64,000 nt of DNA, taken from an uncultured Bacilli bacterium (GTDB lineage Bacteria; Bacillota_I; Bacilli_A; RF39; UBA660). The stretch is from NCBI GenBank assembly GCA_947585665.1, contig CANPXE010000007.1:20438-84437 (forward strand), written 5' to 3'. Under the pieces are notes generated by a model, which saw only the letters and a program-made list of their open reading frames with translations, ran no database searches and was not told the origin of the DNA. The position numbers and the translations under genes are program-made. Positions 60,559-64,000 of the stretch are shown piece by piece (position 1 is the stretch's first letter; each line of letters opens with the position of its first letter).

Positions 60559-60587
60559 TTGACAGTCTTTTTTTGTTTTGTTACTAT
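60559..60587 (+). promoter_or_regulatory. rRNA operon candidate promoter P1 (AAAAGGTGTTGACA module)
   Basis: TTGACA at 60559-60564, 17 nt, TACTAT at 60582-60587, with an A-rich UP-like tract upstream. Confidence 0.4.
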
Positions 60588-60751
60588 AGTAACAGTTGCT
60601 TGAAAAAAGGCATAAAAAATGTCGGTTTGAGCAATAATATTTCTAAATGTAAAAATTATTGAAAAAGTTTAAAAATTTTTTTAACCATATGTGGCAAAGA
60701 CCTTATAAAACAACACAACGCCGCGTTTCTTAAAAAAAATTAAAAAAAGTG

Positions 60752-60780
60752 TTGACAATAATTTTTATATTTGATAAATT
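60752..60780 (+). promoter_or_regulatory. rRNA operon candidate promoter P2 (AAAAAAGTGTTGACA module)
   Basis: TTGACA at 60752-60757 and an extended -10 TGATAAATT at 60772-60780. Confidence 0.5.
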
Positions 60781-60832
60781 AGTAAACGTTGACGCGAAAA
60801 AAGACGAAAAAAAACGTAAAATTCGTGCAACA

Positions 60833-60860
60833 TTGACACAACTTATTCATATAATAAAAT
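60833..60860 (+). promoter_or_regulatory. rRNA operon candidate promoter P3
   Basis: TTGACA at 60833-60838, 16 nt, TAAAAT at 60855-60860. Confidence 0.4.
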
Positions 60861-60919
60861 AGTGTTTGAATAAAAAATGTGTCAAAAGTAAATATGTCAA
60901 AAAAAGTTTTAAAAAAGTG

Positions 60920-60949
60920 TTGACTTACATAACTTAATTTGATATATTA
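60920..60949 (+). promoter_or_regulatory. rRNA operon candidate promoter P4 (AAAAAAGTGTTGACT module)
   Basis: TTGACT at 60920-60925 and an extended -10 TGATATATT at 60940-60948. Confidence 0.5.
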
Positions 60950-60980
60950 ATAACGCAACTTATAAATTGTTGCAGTGAAA

Positions 60981-60995
60981 TGATCTTTGAAAACT
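60981..60995 (+). promoter_or_regulatory. boxA-like antitermination element in the 16S leader
   Basis: TGATCTTTGAAAACT resembles the Firmicute rrn boxA TGTTCTTTGAAAACT. A second copy lies in the spacer. Confidence 0.6.
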
Positions 60996-61059
60996 GAGCA
61001 AAACGTCAATTTTGAGTAGCTAGGTAAAATTAATTGAAAATCAAACTTTAAAAATAAAT

Positions 61060-62638
<1,579 letters not shown>

Positions 62639-62712
62639 AAGGAGTAAATTCCTATAAACGTAGCGAAAGAAATGATAGTTTTGCTTAGTTTTGAGAGATC
62701 ATTCTCTCAAAA

Positions 62713-62729
62713 TAGTTCTTTGAAAACTA
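62713..62729 (+). promoter_or_regulatory. boxA-like element in the 16S-23S spacer
   Basis: TAGTTCTTTGAAAACTA. The spacer (62639-62837) contains no tRNA. Confidence 0.6.
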
Positions 62730-62837
62730 GATAATGTGTAGTTAATAATTTACAACGAGCAAATTATTAACAATAATTTTTCCAAAAAATTATTAAGATC
62801 TCATCAAATTAGGATATGAGAATATCAAACAAATGGT

Positions 62838-64000
<1,163 letters not shown>

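Overview
This window is a visibly AT-rich stretch (roughly 30% G+C by eye outside the rRNA genes) from a walled, low-GC Bacillota-type bacterium. The gene order and AT-richness look Erysipelotrichia- or Mollicutes-related. The genome uses the standard genetic code: TGA acts as a stop (ends of dinD, eno and the giant glucan-synthase ORF) and Trp is TGG. Most of the window is core, co-directional (+ strand) housekeeping DNA. It carries dinD-uvrB-[2 inserted genes]-uvrA, a yvlD-like gene and lgt, then secE-nusG-rplK-rplA-rplJ-rplL-methyltransferase-rpoB-rpoC. These are followed by mscL, folD, rpsL-rpsG-fusA-tuf, a FemAB-family gene, eno, secG, rnr, a capA-like gene, smpB and ssrA (tmRNA). Further on are tRNA-Thr(CGU), a Y-family polymerase, a NUDIX gene, a 2562-aa cyclic beta-1,2-glucan-synthase-like gene and pgi. 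The window ends with the start of an rRNA operon: four tandem promoters, a full 16S, a tRNA-less spacer and the 5' 1.16 kb of the 23S. Accessory or unusual content sits in five places. (i) A radical-SAM/SPASM gene and a phage-type small gene are wedged, translationally coupled, between uvrB and uvrA. (ii) A roughly 6 kb block directly downstream of ssrA (35.2-41 kb) holds a methyltransferase cassette bracketed by ~50-bp direct repeats of the ssrA 3' flank. It also holds three orphan ORFs and a signal-less GH10-fold protein, but no integrase. (iii) A PP-loop protein overlaps a MurD-type ligase, resembling the MurL/MurD2 alternative D-Glu route, and is followed by a coupled 41-aa acidic micro-ORF. 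(iv) The giant GT84-(alpha/alpha)6-GH94 synthase is present. (v) The 16S deviates at normally invariant primer and probe positions. No CRISPR array, transposase, integrase or recognisable defence-system enzyme was seen. All functional calls come from motif recognition by eye; no database search was possible.
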